Shown here one piece after another: positions 21,068-32,100 of a stretch of 64,000 nt of DNA. Each line of letters starts with the position of its first letter. Position 1 is the first letter of the stretch. Under the pieces are notes generated by a model. The model saw nothing but the letters and a program-made list of their open reading frames with translations, ran no database searches and was not told where the DNA came from. The position numbers and the translations under genes were made by a program. The DNA is taken from positions 3,305-67,304 of the forward strand of contig CANRNC010000008.1 in the NCBI GenBank assembly GCA_947631915.1, read 5' to 3'. Source of the DNA: an uncultured Clostridia bacterium (GTDB lineage Bacteria > Bacillota > Clostridia > TANB77 > CAG-508).

Positions 21068-22006
21068 TTATTTTACTATACTTTTTATTGCAGAATTTAA
21101 TTCATCTCTCATTCTTATTGCTTCTTCTCTTGTTGCTTCTGCATATTGTTCTTCCGTGAACTTGTCTTTCCAAAGTTCTGATTTATATGCACACATCAAA
21201 CTTCTTGATGCATTTATAATTCCTCCAAGTCCATTTTTATCGAATCCTAAAGCTATGTCTTCTGCTTTTCCTCCTTGTGCTCCGTATCCTGGTATTAAGA
21301 AATATGAGTGTGGCATCATCTCTCTTAATTCTTGAAGTTGTTTTGGATATGTCGCTCCTACTACTGCTGAAATACTACTATACCCGTGTTCTCCTATTAA
21401 GTCTTTTCCCCATTCTTTTACTAGTTTTGCTACTTTTTTGTATAATTCTTCTCCATCTTCTGTTTTTAAGTCTTGTAACTCTCCTGAAGATTTATTTGAA
21501 GTTTTTACTAATACGAATATTCCTTTTCCATATTTTGCACAATCATCAACAAAAGGCTTAACTCCATCTGTTCCTAAATAAGGGTTTACTGTAACAAATT
21601 CAACATCAAAAATACTATGGTTTATATCCCCTATTGGTGTTCTTCCTATTGCAGCGTTTGAATATGCTTGAGCTGTCGTTCCGATGTCTCCTCTTTTCAT
21701 GTCTGCTATTACTATCATTCCTTTTGATTTAGCATATTTGCAAGTTTCATCAAATACTTTCATTCCTTCTATTCCAAACATTTCATAAAATGCAATTTGA
21801 GGCTTTACTGCTGGAATTATATCAGATGTAGCATCTATTAGATTTTTGTTGAATTCTAAAAATCCTTTGCATGCTCCTTCAACGGTTTGTGGGTATTTTT
21901 TCTTTATACATTCTGGTAGTATGTCATATCTAGGGTCTAGTCCAATTACAGTTGGGTTGTTCATTTCGCTAATTTTGTTTATTAATTCGTCTATTGCGTT
22001 TTTCAT
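21068..22006 (-). CDS. pyrF: orotidine-5'-phosphate decarboxylase (long type)
   Basis: 312 aa, VIGLDPR...IVIADMKRGDIGTTA motifs. Confidence 0.85.
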   Translation of the reverse strand: MKNAIDELINKISEMNNPTVIGLDPRYDILPECIKKKYPQTVEGACKGFLEFNKNLIDATSDIIPAVKPQIAFYEMFGIEGMKVFDETCKYAKSKGMIVIADMKRGDIGTTAQAYSNAAIGRTPIGDINHSIFDVEFVTVNPYLGTDGVKPFVDDCAKYGKGIFVLVKTSNKSSGELQDLKTEDGEELYKKVAKLVKEWGKDLIGEHGYSSISAVVGATYPKQLQELREMMPHSYFLIPGYGAQGGKAEDIALGFDKNGLGGIINASRSLMCAYKSELWKDKFTEEQYAEATREEAIRMRDELNSAIKSIVK

Positions 22007-22050
22007 TATTTATATCTTCCTTTCTTATAAAACTAATTAGAGAATAATTG

Positions 22051-23325
22051 TTATTTTTCAAATACTACGTTTCCTGAAACAATTGTATATCTAACTTCTC
22101 CTTTTAGTTTCTTGCCAATCCAAGGGCTATTTTTTGATTTTGATACTATCATTTCTTTTGTATATGTATATTCTTTATTTGGATCAAATACTGTTAAGTC
22201 TGCTGTATATCCTTCTTTTATTTGTCCTTTATCTTTTAATCCTAGAAGTTCTGCTGGTCTATAAGACATTAATCTTACCATGTCCATATAATCTATATAG
22301 CCTGGTTCAACAACATTTGTAATAGTTGCTGGAAGTGCTGTTTCAAATCCAATTATTCCGTTTGGTGCACTAGCTAGTCCTTTTGCTTTTTCTTCTTCTG
22401 CATGTGGTGCATGGTCTGTAATTATTGCATCTATTGTTCCGTCTTTTAGTCCTTTTATTATTGCAAGTTTGTCTTTTTCTTCTCTTAATGGTGGATTCAT
22501 TTTTGCATTTACTCCTGATGTTAATACTTCTTCAACTGTAAAACTGTAGTAATGAGGACAAGTTTCGCAAGTTACATTAACTCCTCTTTTTTTGGCGTCT
22601 CTTATCATGTTTACAGATGTTTCTGTGCTTATATGGCATATATGTGCATGAACCTTGTTTGTTTCTGCAATTACTATGTCTCTAGCAGCCATTATTTCTT
22701 CTGCTTCTGGTAATACTCCTACTACTCCTAGTTGTTCTGCTATCTTTCCTGCATTAATTGCTCCTGCTGATACTGATTTTTCTTCGCAGTGCTCTGATGT
22801 AAAACTTCCTAATTTATTTATTTCTAGCATTGCTTCTCTTATTGTTTTTGCATTTGATACTGGACATCCATCGTCTGAAAATGCTACGCAACCTGCATCT
22901 AACATTTCTTTAAAGTTTACTAGTTCTTCTCCCTTTTCTCCTTTTGTTATACTTGAATATGGGATTATATTGCAAAGATTTACCTGTTTTGCTCTATCTA
23001 ATATATATTTTATTGTTTCTGGATTGTCTGGTGTTGGATTCGTATTAGGCATTGGGCATATTGTTGTAAATCCTCCTTTTACTGCACTTTTTGCTCCTGT
23101 CTCGATGGTTTCTTTGTGTTCAAATCCCGGTTCACGTAAGTGACAATGCATGTCTATCATTCCTGGCATAATATATAACCCTGTACAGTCTATAACTTTT
23201 TCTGCATTATCAGTTAAATCCTTTCCTAATTTTACTATTTTTCCGTTTTCAATTAAAATATCCATCTTTTCTTTCTTGTTACTTGCATAATCCAAAACTG
23301 TACCATTTTTTAATAATAGTGTCAT
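22051..23325 (-). CDS. pyrC: dihydroorotase
   Basis: PGMIDMHCHLREPG, metal-binding His/Asp pattern of the amidohydrolase superfamily. Confidence 0.85.
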   Translation of the reverse strand: MTLLLKNGTVLDYASNKKEKMDILIENGKIVKLGKDLTDNAEKVIDCTGLYIMPGMIDMHCHLREPGFEHKETIETGAKSAVKGGFTTICPMPNTNPTPDNPETIKYILDRAKQVNLCNIIPYSSITKGEKGEELVNFKEMLDAGCVAFSDDGCPVSNAKTIREAMLEINKLGSFTSEHCEEKSVSAGAINAGKIAEQLGVVGVLPEAEEIMAARDIVIAETNKVHAHICHISTETSVNMIRDAKKRGVNVTCETCPHYYSFTVEEVLTSGVNAKMNPPLREEKDKLAIIKGLKDGTIDAIITDHAPHAEEEKAKGLASAPNGIIGFETALPATITNVVEPGYIDYMDMVRLMSYRPAELLGLKDKGQIKEGYTADLTVFDPNKEYTYTKEMIVSKSKNSPWIGKKLKGEVRYTIVSGNVVFEK

Positions 23326-23484
23326 ATATAAATACCTCCTATTTATTTTTTCCGTAATATAATATCATTTTTTTTGACTTAATTCAATAGAAATAGATAA
23401 ATTATGATTATTTATTTGATTTATCTAAAAATTAATGCTATAATGATTAAAATTTATATTAAAATTTATTTGGGAGGGAATTTT

Positions 23485-24348
23485 ATGAGTGATTTAGTAT
23501 CATATTTATTTGAGACAAATGCAGTAGAAGTTTGCCCAGAGAATAAACCTTTTTTCCTTACTTCTGGAATGATTTCTCCTTATTTTGTAAATACTCAATA
23601 TGTTTATGGAGGTAAAGAGGCTGCTTCTGAATTGCTTTCTTTTATAGATAGTTTGCTTTCTGATAGAATGAATTTACCTAAAAAAGTTTTTGATAAGGTT
23701 ATCAATCAATATCAATCAAATGACATTTTTAAAGATGTTATCAATATTATGATTGATTCTATAAAGGAAAATGTTAATGTTGATGAAATTGATTATATTT
23801 CTGGTGGAGAAAGAAGAGATTGGTATTTTTCTAATATAATTGCTTATTTATTAAAAAAGCCTCATATAACAATTTTCAAAGATCATGAAACTCTTGTAAG
23901 TAATTATGATTTCTCTACTACTGATAAACTAACTGATTTATCTGGTAAAAAGGTATTACATGTTACCGATTTAGTTACTTCTGCTTCAAGTTTTTCACGT
24001 TTTTGGATTCCATCTATTCGTGATTTGGGTGGAGAGATGATTGCTACTTGTTATATTGTTGATCGTCAACAAGGTGGAACAGAACTTTTAGAAAATGAAG
24101 GTATTAAACCTATTTCATTAACAAGTATTGATATTAGTATTTTTAAAAGAGCTTTTGAACTTGGAATTATAAATTCAGCATCTTTAGAGATGATTGAGAA
24201 ATTTATAGAAGATCCTTATACTTCTATGAGAAACTTCCTTCTTGCTCATCCTGAATTTATAGAAGAGTCTTTGAAGGCAACAGATCCTAAAACTCCTGGT
24301 AGAATAAGAAATCTGTTAGATAATGATTTATATAATTTAAAGGGGTAA
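23485..24348 (+). CDS. orotate phosphoribosyltransferase-like (type I PRTase) protein, divergent
   Basis: N-terminus (FETNAVEV...PFFLTSGMISPYFVN) resembles PyrE. PRPP loop reads KKVLHVTDLVTSASS (GG replaced by AS). About 70 aa longer than PyrE. RBS tgggagggaattttATG. Confidence 0.55.
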   Translation: MSDLVSYLFETNAVEVCPENKPFFLTSGMISPYFVNTQYVYGGKEAASELLSFIDSLLSDRMNLPKKVFDKVINQYQSNDIFKDVINIMIDSIKENVNVDEIDYISGGERRDWYFSNIIAYLLKKPHITIFKDHETLVSNYDFSTTDKLTDLSGKKVLHVTDLVTSASSFSRFWIPSIRDLGGEMIATCYIVDRQQGGTELLENEGIKPISLTSIDISIFKRAFELGIINSASLEMIEKFIEDPYTSMRNFLLAHPEFIEESLKATDPKTPGRIRNLLDNDLYNLKG

Positions 24349-24388
24349 TAAATTTGTTTTACCAAAATAAAATTTCTACTACATAAAA

Positions 24389-24421
24389 AATAACCGCTAT
24401 TTTATAGCGGTTATTTTTTTG
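24389..24421. terminator. bidirectional intrinsic terminator
   Basis: aaaaaataaccgctattttatagcggttatttttttg. Confidence 0.7.
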
Positions 24422-24426
24422 TTATT

Positions 24427-27400
24427 TTATATTACGAATTTCTTAATTCCTATTATTCCTGTGCCTAATATTGTTACTACTACCATTGATAGTGTAATAT
24501 ATGTCATTGGTATTTCTCTTCCTGTTTTTATTACTAGTAAAACTGGTGCATCATCTATATCGTCTTCTCCTGGTACTTCGTTGTCTGGTGTTGAGTCTAT
24601 GTCTGGTGTATGACTTGGATTGTCGTCTTGGCTTATTTCTGCTACATTTACTTTTCTTCCTAAATTGTTTTCTCCGTTTTTCCATGTTAGTATTATTTCT
24701 ACTTCAGCGCTTTCTCCTGGTTGTAGTAGTATATCTTGTAATTGGGTTGTGGCTACTTTTCCGTCTGCTCTTATATACCATTGTGGGTTATCTTCTTGTT
24801 TAAATTCTAGTCCTGCTGGAATGTAATCTGTAATTTCTTTTGCATATCCTGCTATTTCTCCTTCGTTTGTTATTTTTATTTTGTATGCAAATTTTACTAC
24901 TACTTTACTTACATCTTTTGTTTTTAGTTCTACTTTTAGTTCTGGTTCTGGATTTTCATATCCTGTATGTCCTGATTCTATTACAGTTGTGTTTCCGTTT
25001 TCTGTTACTATTGCTTTTGTTACCCATTTTAATAGTGATAAGTCAAAGTATTTTACTTTCACATCTTCATAGTCTATATCATCTTCATGTTTTTCGTCAT
25101 TATATACTTCGTCTCTTTTTGGAACTGAATCTATATCATCATTACTGTCTTGTGATATTTGTGCTACGTTTACTAGTATTTTGCTTTCTTCTCCTACTGC
25201 TTTTACTTGATATGTTACTTTGAAGGCTATTTGCACGTCTCTATAGTCTGGATTTGTATCACTTATTCCTGTTTCCTTGTTATATGCTTTTATTAAATTA
25301 TTTCTTCCTGTTGCTTTTCCTTGTTCTTCTGATAGGTAATCTGTTACTAGATATTTTGCTTTACTTACTTCTGTAGTTTCTTGTTGATTTTCGTCTAACA
25401 TTTTCCATCCATATTGTTTGTTTATTTCATTATCTACTATAAATTGTAATCCAACTGGCACATCGTCTGTTATTTCATTTGCATACCCATCTATTTCTCC
25501 TTCATTGTATACTCTTATTGTATATGTTACTATGTCTCCTGTGCATACGTCTAATGGATCTTTTGGATGTGTATATTTTATGTTTCTTGAATCATCTAAA
25601 CTTAATTCTGGATATCTTGTTGTTACGTCTGTTGTATTTATTTTTGTTATAAATTTTCTTAATGCTAAATCAAAGTTTCCTATTACTTTTACTTTATCAT
25701 AATCATCATCATCTTCTTGTCCTGGTACAAAAGGATTATTTTCATATTCTTCTTTATAGTGTGGTAATTCCGTGTCTCCTGGAATTACTAGGTTTCCATT
25801 TGGTAATGAATCTAAATCTTGTTCTGTATTTCCTTTTGTGTCTGTGAATTTTGTTATTTCTGCTATGTTTGTTTGTATATCTCCTACTTGTGTTTTATCT
25901 GATACTTTACATCTTATTGCTACATCTATATAATTTAATGTATTTCCACCATTGTATGCTGATAATAGTTTTCCATTTGGTCTTGATGTATATATTCCTT
26001 CTGGGTCTGCACTTTCCTTTGCTGTTATTTGTGTTTTTATTTCTCGTGTATTTTCATTATATGTCCAACCATATTTTTTATTTAATTCATCTTCTTTAAG
26101 GAATTCTAAATTTGCAGGTAAATGATCTGTTATTTCACTTACATATGCATCTATGTTTCCTTCATTATATACTCTTATAATATATGTTACTGTATTTCCA
26201 ACTCCAACAGTTAGCGCTTTCTTTGGATGTGTGTATGTTGCTGTTCCAAATCCTTGCTCTGCAATTCCTGCTTTTAGTGTTGTTGTGTCTACTATTGGTT
26301 CTCTTAAGTATCTTCCATTGTCGTCCACAATTTGTCTGTCATCTACTTGTACTATGAATTTTCTTAATGCTAAATCATATTTTGGAATTGTTATTATTAC
26401 CTTTTCAAAATCATCGTCGTCTTCATTTCCTGGTATATAGTCTTTTTCTCCTATTTCATTATCTTTATATTCTTGCCATCCTTGTTCTGTTTCTGGTAAT
26501 TTTGATGTTTCTTCTTCTGATGTTAAATCTATATTATCTGGTGTTGAATCTCTATCTTTGTCTTTTTCTACTATTGGTGTTTTATTTTTATCTGCCATTC
26601 CTGTTATTTCTGCTATATTTGTTATTTTGTAATCTTCTATTATTCCGTCTTCTATATTTGGTTCTAGTACTTCACATGTTATTTGTAAATCTATATAACT
26701 TAATATATTGTTTGTTCTATCATATCCTGGTAATAATATACCCGTACCAATACTTTGTCCAACATATTGTGATAGGTTATCACTTGCCCCTGTTATTGTG
26801 GTTAATGTCGTTGATGTTGCTTTACTTTCATATCTGTCTACTTCATTTTCACCATATTCTCTTAACCATTCTACATTTTCTACATATTTTAAGTATTTTG
26901 ATAAGTAATCAGTCACTTCTGTTATGTATGCTTGTTCACTTCCTTCGTTGTATATTCTTAATGTATATGTTACCTTATCTCCTATACTTACTTTTACTGG
27001 TTCTTTTTCATGATTATAGTCTGCTGTTGTTGCTGTTGCGTTTCTTAATTTTGTAGTGTCTGGATTTGGTACTCTGTTTGTTAATTCTTCTTTTGAGTAT
27101 ACTGTTACTCCTGTTGAATCTACTACTTTACTTATAAATTTCCTTAACGCTAAATCTATATGGTCTTCTAATATTATTTCTTCATCTGTTATAGTTATTG
27201 TTATTGTATTGGTTGCATTATCTACAGATATTTTTACTTTTCCTGATGATGTACTTGTTCCATCTAATGTTGCTCGATCTATTACATAACTTAATCCATC
27301 CTCTGATTCTTTTTTCGTTACTGTTAAATTTATTGGTTGTTCATATTTTTGATATCCTAATGGTGCTTCTGTTTCTACTATTGTATATTGATCTGGTTGT

Positions 27401-28527
27401 TCTCTATTAGCTTCAGTTATATCTATTCCGTTTGGTGTTATATTTACTTTTCCATCTGATCCAGTTGTATAGTCAGGTGTAGAATTTACCGTAAATTTTG
27501 CGCCTTGTAATATTTTTCCTTTTGTATCTACTTTTTTTAATTCTATATTATATTTACCTTTTATATCTTTTTCTCTTTTTACTGTTACAATTGGTTGAGC
27601 TTCTGTATTTGCATATACTGAAATTACTGTTTTAGAATTGCTTTTTATGTCATAACTTGAGTTTTCATTTGCCCCATCAACAAAATATTTATATATCATT
27701 TTTACATAGTACTCTCTTAATTTTCCTGCTAATTGACCACTATCTTCTCCAACTTCACTTGTAAATGTTTGTTCGTAAGTTTTTAGTACTGAATCACCTT
27801 TTGCTAAATATATTTTTGGAATTCCTGTTGCATTGCCTTCGGAATCTTGAAATTCTGAAGGATTTGTTAATTTCCATATTGCTAATTGTTGAGCAACTTC
27901 AATATCTAACTCACTTATTTCTGCTTCTGTTCCTTTTACGCTTAATTCTTCCATTGAGCTTTTAATTGTTTTACCATTCATTCCTGTAATGCCTAAATCA
28001 GTGCATGGAATTTTTTCTAGGAAAGCATCTTTTTCATCTTCACCTGGTATATACATATTATCTAATATCCATACTAGTCCATGAATTGTATCTTCATTAA
28101 ATGCTTTTACTTCTGTTTTACTTGTATAAAGAGCTTTTAATGTATCTAATACTCCATTTTCTTTTAAGTTATAAGGTCCTGAATATTGACTTTGTGAAGT
28201 TCCCACTTCTGCCGTAGGTTTTTGGTTTACTTGTGCTGAAGAATTAAAATTCGTGAAATCTCCATAACCTTCTGCTAAACAATAGAACACTTCTTTTGTC
28301 TCTATTGGTGCTTGTTCATTGTATGGTTGTATATTCCATATGTATTTTAGACTATTATGCCCTTGTGATGAACTCTGGAATGTATATACATATTTTTCAC
28401 CTGAATCATCTGTTCTTTGTGGGCTTATTCCAAACTTTGTATAGTTTGTCGCTGCTTGTATACATCCCGTAAAGATTGTTAGCACTACTATTAACATTAT
28501 TCCAATTTTTAGTAGCAAATTTTTCAT
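24427..28527 (-). CDS. thioester-domain (TED) surface adhesin, 1366 aa: signal peptide, N-terminal TED (YCLAEG Cys motif, QQLAIW Gln motif), SpaA/CnaB-like Ig-fold domains, three DUF11-like repeats (DLALRKFI...), C-terminal IKTG + TM + KKFVI
   Basis: Read directly from the translation. Paralog of 29104..32817, with near-identical N-terminal about 300 aa and C-terminal about 450 aa. Confidence 0.8.
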   Translation of the reverse strand: MKNLLLKIGIMLIVVLTIFTGCIQAATNYTKFGISPQRTDDSGEKYVYTFQSSSQGHNSLKYIWNIQPYNEQAPIETKEVFYCLAEGYGDFTNFNSSAQVNQKPTAEVGTSQSQYSGPYNLKENGVLDTLKALYTSKTEVKAFNEDTIHGLVWILDNMYIPGEDEKDAFLEKIPCTDLGITGMNGKTIKSSMEELSVKGTEAEISELDIEVAQQLAIWKLTNPSEFQDSEGNATGIPKIYLAKGDSVLKTYEQTFTSEVGEDSGQLAGKLREYYVKMIYKYFVDGANENSSYDIKSNSKTVISVYANTEAQPIVTVKREKDIKGKYNIELKKVDTKGKILQGAKFTVNSTPDYTTGSDGKVNITPNGIDITEANREQPDQYTIVETEAPLGYQKYEQPINLTVTKKESEDGLSYVIDRATLDGTSTSSGKVKISVDNATNTITITITDEEIILEDHIDLALRKFISKVVDSTGVTVYSKEELTNRVPNPDTTKLRNATATTADYNHEKEPVKVSIGDKVTYTLRIYNEGSEQAYITEVTDYLSKYLKYVENVEWLREYGENEVDRYESKATSTTLTTITGASDNLSQYVGQSIGTGILLPGYDRTNNILSYIDLQITCEVLEPNIEDGIIEDYKITNIAEITGMADKNKTPIVEKDKDRDSTPDNIDLTSEEETSKLPETEQGWQEYKDNEIGEKDYIPGNEDDDDFEKVIITIPKYDLALRKFIVQVDDRQIVDDNGRYLREPIVDTTTLKAGIAEQGFGTATYTHPKKALTVGVGNTVTYIIRVYNEGNIDAYVSEITDHLPANLEFLKEDELNKKYGWTYNENTREIKTQITAKESADPEGIYTSRPNGKLLSAYNGGNTLNYIDVAIRCKVSDKTQVGDIQTNIAEITKFTDTKGNTEQDLDSLPNGNLVIPGDTELPHYKEEYENNPFVPGQEDDDDYDKVKVIGNFDLALRKFITKINTTDVTTRYPELSLDDSRNIKYTHPKDPLDVCTGDIVTYTIRVYNEGEIDGYANEITDDVPVGLQFIVDNEINKQYGWKMLDENQQETTEVSKAKYLVTDYLSEEQGKATGRNNLIKAYNKETGISDTNPDYRDVQIAFKVTYQVKAVGEESKILVNVAQISQDSNDDIDSVPKRDEVYNDEKHEDDIDYEDVKVKYFDLSLLKWVTKAIVTENGNTTVIESGHTGYENPEPELKVELKTKDVSKVVVKFAYKIKITNEGEIAGYAKEITDYIPAGLEFKQEDNPQWYIRADGKVATTQLQDILLQPGESAEVEIILTWKNGENNLGRKVNVAEISQDDNPSHTPDIDSTPDNEVPGEDDIDDAPVLLVIKTGREIPMTYITLSMVVVTILGTGIIGIKKFVI

Positions 28528-28591
28528 AATAATTTCATTCCTTCCTAGAATATTTATTAATATTTTCCTTCCCTAATACATTTACAAATAT

Positions 28592-28670
28592 ATTTTAAGC
28601 TTTTTTAATATAAAGTCAATGGTAATATTTTGTTGATTTTGGGTGATTTTTGTTTTTTTACTTACGGATA
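28592..28670 (-). promoter_or_regulatory. conserved adhesin promoter module (TATCCGTAAG, N47, CCATTGACTTTAT, 16 nt, TAAAAT)
   Basis: cttacggata at 28661..28670 and ataaagtcaatgg at 28610..28622 on the + strand. RBS aggaaggaatg before the ATG. Confidence 0.55.
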
Positions 28671-29046
28671 AAAGAAAAAAGAACTATTTTCCCCATAATA
28701 TTACATTTGTATAACATTTTTTTAGTTCTTTTTTTACTTTTGTTCTCTTTTTTTATTCTATTAATTATTTGCGTAAGCTTTTTCGGCATTTTTATGTTTT
28801 TAAATATTTGTGTATATACTATCATAAATGCCAATATAATTTTTTCTTTTCGATTATACTACCTTTTTTTGCATTTTGCAACAGTTTATGTATATTTGCT
28901 TAAAAATATCTACAATTAATTAAGAAATTAAATAGATGATAGTGTATCAATAAATTTCACATACAAACCTCTTGCAGATTTAAGAGTACTGTGCACTATT
29001 CTTTTATACAGATGTATATTGTTTTATTTATACATTACTTACATTT

Positions 29047-29074
29047 TATAGGGGCATGGTATCCCGTGCCCCTA
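29047..29074. terminator. GC-rich palindromic terminator (family GGGCAYGGT..ACCGTGCCC)
   Basis: tataggggcatggtatcccgtgcccctat between the two paralogous adhesin genes. Confidence 0.6.
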
Positions 29075-29103
29075 TTCAGATTATATTTTGTCTATTAATT
29101 TTT

Positions 29104-32100
29104 TTACAATACGAATTTCTTAATTCCTATTATTCCTGTTCCTAATATTGCTATTACTGTTGCTGTTAATCCTAGGTATTGCTTTTGTATATCTATTCCT
29201 GTTTTTATTACTAGTAAAACTGGTGCATCATCTATATCGTCTTCTCCTGGTACTTCGTTGTCCGGTGTTGAGTCTATGTCTGGTGTATGACTTGGATTGT
29301 CGTCTTGGCTTATTTCTGCTACGTTTACTTTTCTTCCTAAGTTGTTTTCTCCGTTTTTCCATGTTAGTATTATTTCAACTTCTGCACTTTCTCCTGGTTG
29401 TAGTAGTACATCTTGTAATTGTGTTGTGGCTACTTTTCCGTCTGCTCTTACATACCATGCTGGATTATCTTCTTGTTTAAATTCTAGTCCTGCTGGAATG
29501 TAATCTGTAATTTCTTTTGCATATCCTGCTATTTCTCCTTCGTTTGTTATTTTTATTTTGTATGCAAATTTTACTACTACTTTATTTACATCTTTTGACT
29601 TTATCTCTACTTTTAAGTCTGGTTCTGGATTTTCATATCCTGTATGTCCTGATTCTGTTACTGTCGTTTTTCCGTTTTCTGTTACTATCGCTTTGGTTAC
29701 CCATTTTAATAGTGATAAGTCAAAGTATTTTACTTTTACGTCTTCATAGTCTATATCATCTTCATGTTTTTCGTCATTATATACTTCGTCTCTTTTTGGA
29801 ACTGAATCTATGTCGTCATCGCTGTCTTTTGATATTTGTGCTACGTTTACTAGTATTCTACTTTCTTCTCCTACTGCTTTTACTTGATATGTTACTTTGA
29901 AAGCTATTTGTACGTCTCTATAGTCTGGATTAGTATCACTTATTCCTGTTTCCTTGTTATATGCTTTTATTAAATTATTTCTTCCGGTTGCTTTTTCTTG
30001 TTCTTCTGATAAGTAATCTGTTACTAGATATTTTGCTTTGCTTACATCTGTTGTTTCTTGTTGGTTTTCGTCTAACATTTTCCATCTATATTGTTGATTT
30101 ATTTCATTATCTACTACAAATTGTAATCCAAATGGTACGTCATCTGTTATTTCATCTGCATAACCGTCTATTTCGCCTTCGTTGTATATTCTTATTGTAT
30201 ATGTTACTATGTCTCCTGTACATACGTCTAATGGATCTTTTGGATGTGTATATTTTATGTTTCCTGAATCATCTAAACTTAATTCTGGATATCTTGTTGT
30301 TACGTCTGTTGTATTTATTTTTGTTATGAATTTTCTTAATGCTAAATCAAATTTAGGACTTGTTATTATTACCTTTTCGAAATCATCATCGTCTTCGTTT
30401 CCTGGTATATAGTCTTTTTCTCCTATTTCATCATCTTTATAATCTTGCCAATCTTTTTCTGTTTTTGGTAAGTCTGGTGTTACATCATCTGGTTTTGAAT
30501 CTATATCTGTATCTACTGGATTTTGGTCTTTGTCTAACATTCCTGTTATTTCTGCTATATTTGTTATCTTATATTCTTTCTCATTATTATTCATTTCTGG
30601 TTGTAGTACTTCACATGTTATTTGTACATCTATGTAACTTATCCTATCATTTTCTTTGTCATAAGCTGGTATTAAAACTCCCCCGCTTATAGTTTTTCCG
30701 ATTAATGCTTTTAAATCATCACTTGCTCCTGTTATTATTGTAGAATTTGTTGATGTTGCTTTACTTCCATAAATGCTTTCATCGTTTTCAGTATATGTTA
30801 CATTCCATTCTTCTGTTTCTATGCATTTTAAGTATTTTGATAAATAGTCTGTTATTTCTGTTATATACGCATTTGATTGTCCTTCATTATATACTCTTAA
30901 AGTATATGTTACTTTGTCTCCAACACTTACTTTTAATGGCTCTTTTGTATGGTTATATTCTGATGTTGTTCCTGTTGCTTGTTTTAAATTGGTTGTATCT
31001 ACATTTGGGTTTCTATTTTCTAGTTGCTCATTTGTATATACCATTTCACCTTTTGTATTTACTACTTTACTTATAAATTTTCTTAATGATAAATCTATGT
31101 TGTCCTCTATAACTATTACTGTTATTGTATCCTCATCTATTTCTATTTTTACTTTTCCTGATGCTTTTGACTTTTCGTCTAGTGTTACTGTGCCTAATAC
31201 ATAGCTTTCTCCGTCTGCTGACAATTTCTTTGTTACTTCTAACACTATTGTTCCATCATATATTACATATCCGTCAGGAGCATCTATTTCAGTTAATGTG
31301 TATGTGTCTTTTTCTCCTACATTACTACTATTAATTTCTTTATCTTCAACTAAAGTTGCAAATCCATATTGATCTGTTGTATAATTTTGTCCATCTACTG
31401 TGAACGTTGCACCTTGCAATACTTCTCCTTTTGTATTTTGTTTATTTAATCTTACTGTATATGCATTCTTTTTTTCTTCATTCTTTACTGTTATTGTTAT
31501 TGTATTTGTTTCTGTATCTATCTCTACCTTTCCAGATGAACTACTCGTATCATCTAAAGTTGCCTGATCTATTACATAACTTAACCTATCATCTGATTCT
31601 TTCTTTGTGACGTGCAATTCTATTGTTCCTTTGTATTTTTTATATCCCTCTGGTGCTTTTGTTTCTACTATTGTGTATTCGTCTGTGTCAGTTATATTAT
31701 TTATTGTTACACTATCTACTTTTACTGTTCCATCTGCAGTTGTTGTGTATTTTTGCCCATTTACTGTAAATTCTGCTCCTGATAATGGAGTTCCGTCTGT
31801 TCCCTCTTTTTTTAGTATTATATCATATTCTCCTGTTAATTCTTTTTCTCTTGTTACTGTTACAATTGGTTGTGCTTCTGCATTTGCATATACTGTAATT
31901 ACTGTTTTAGAATCTGCATTTAGTGCATAGCTTTTTTCTTGAGCATCTTTTGCTCCATCAACAAAATATTTATATACCATTTTTACATAGTATCCTCTTA
32001 ATTTTCCTTGTGATTGATCTATGTCTTCGTCTTCAAGGTTTTCTGGAAATGTTAAATCATAAGTTTTTAAATCTGAACTATTTTTTGATAAATAAATGGT

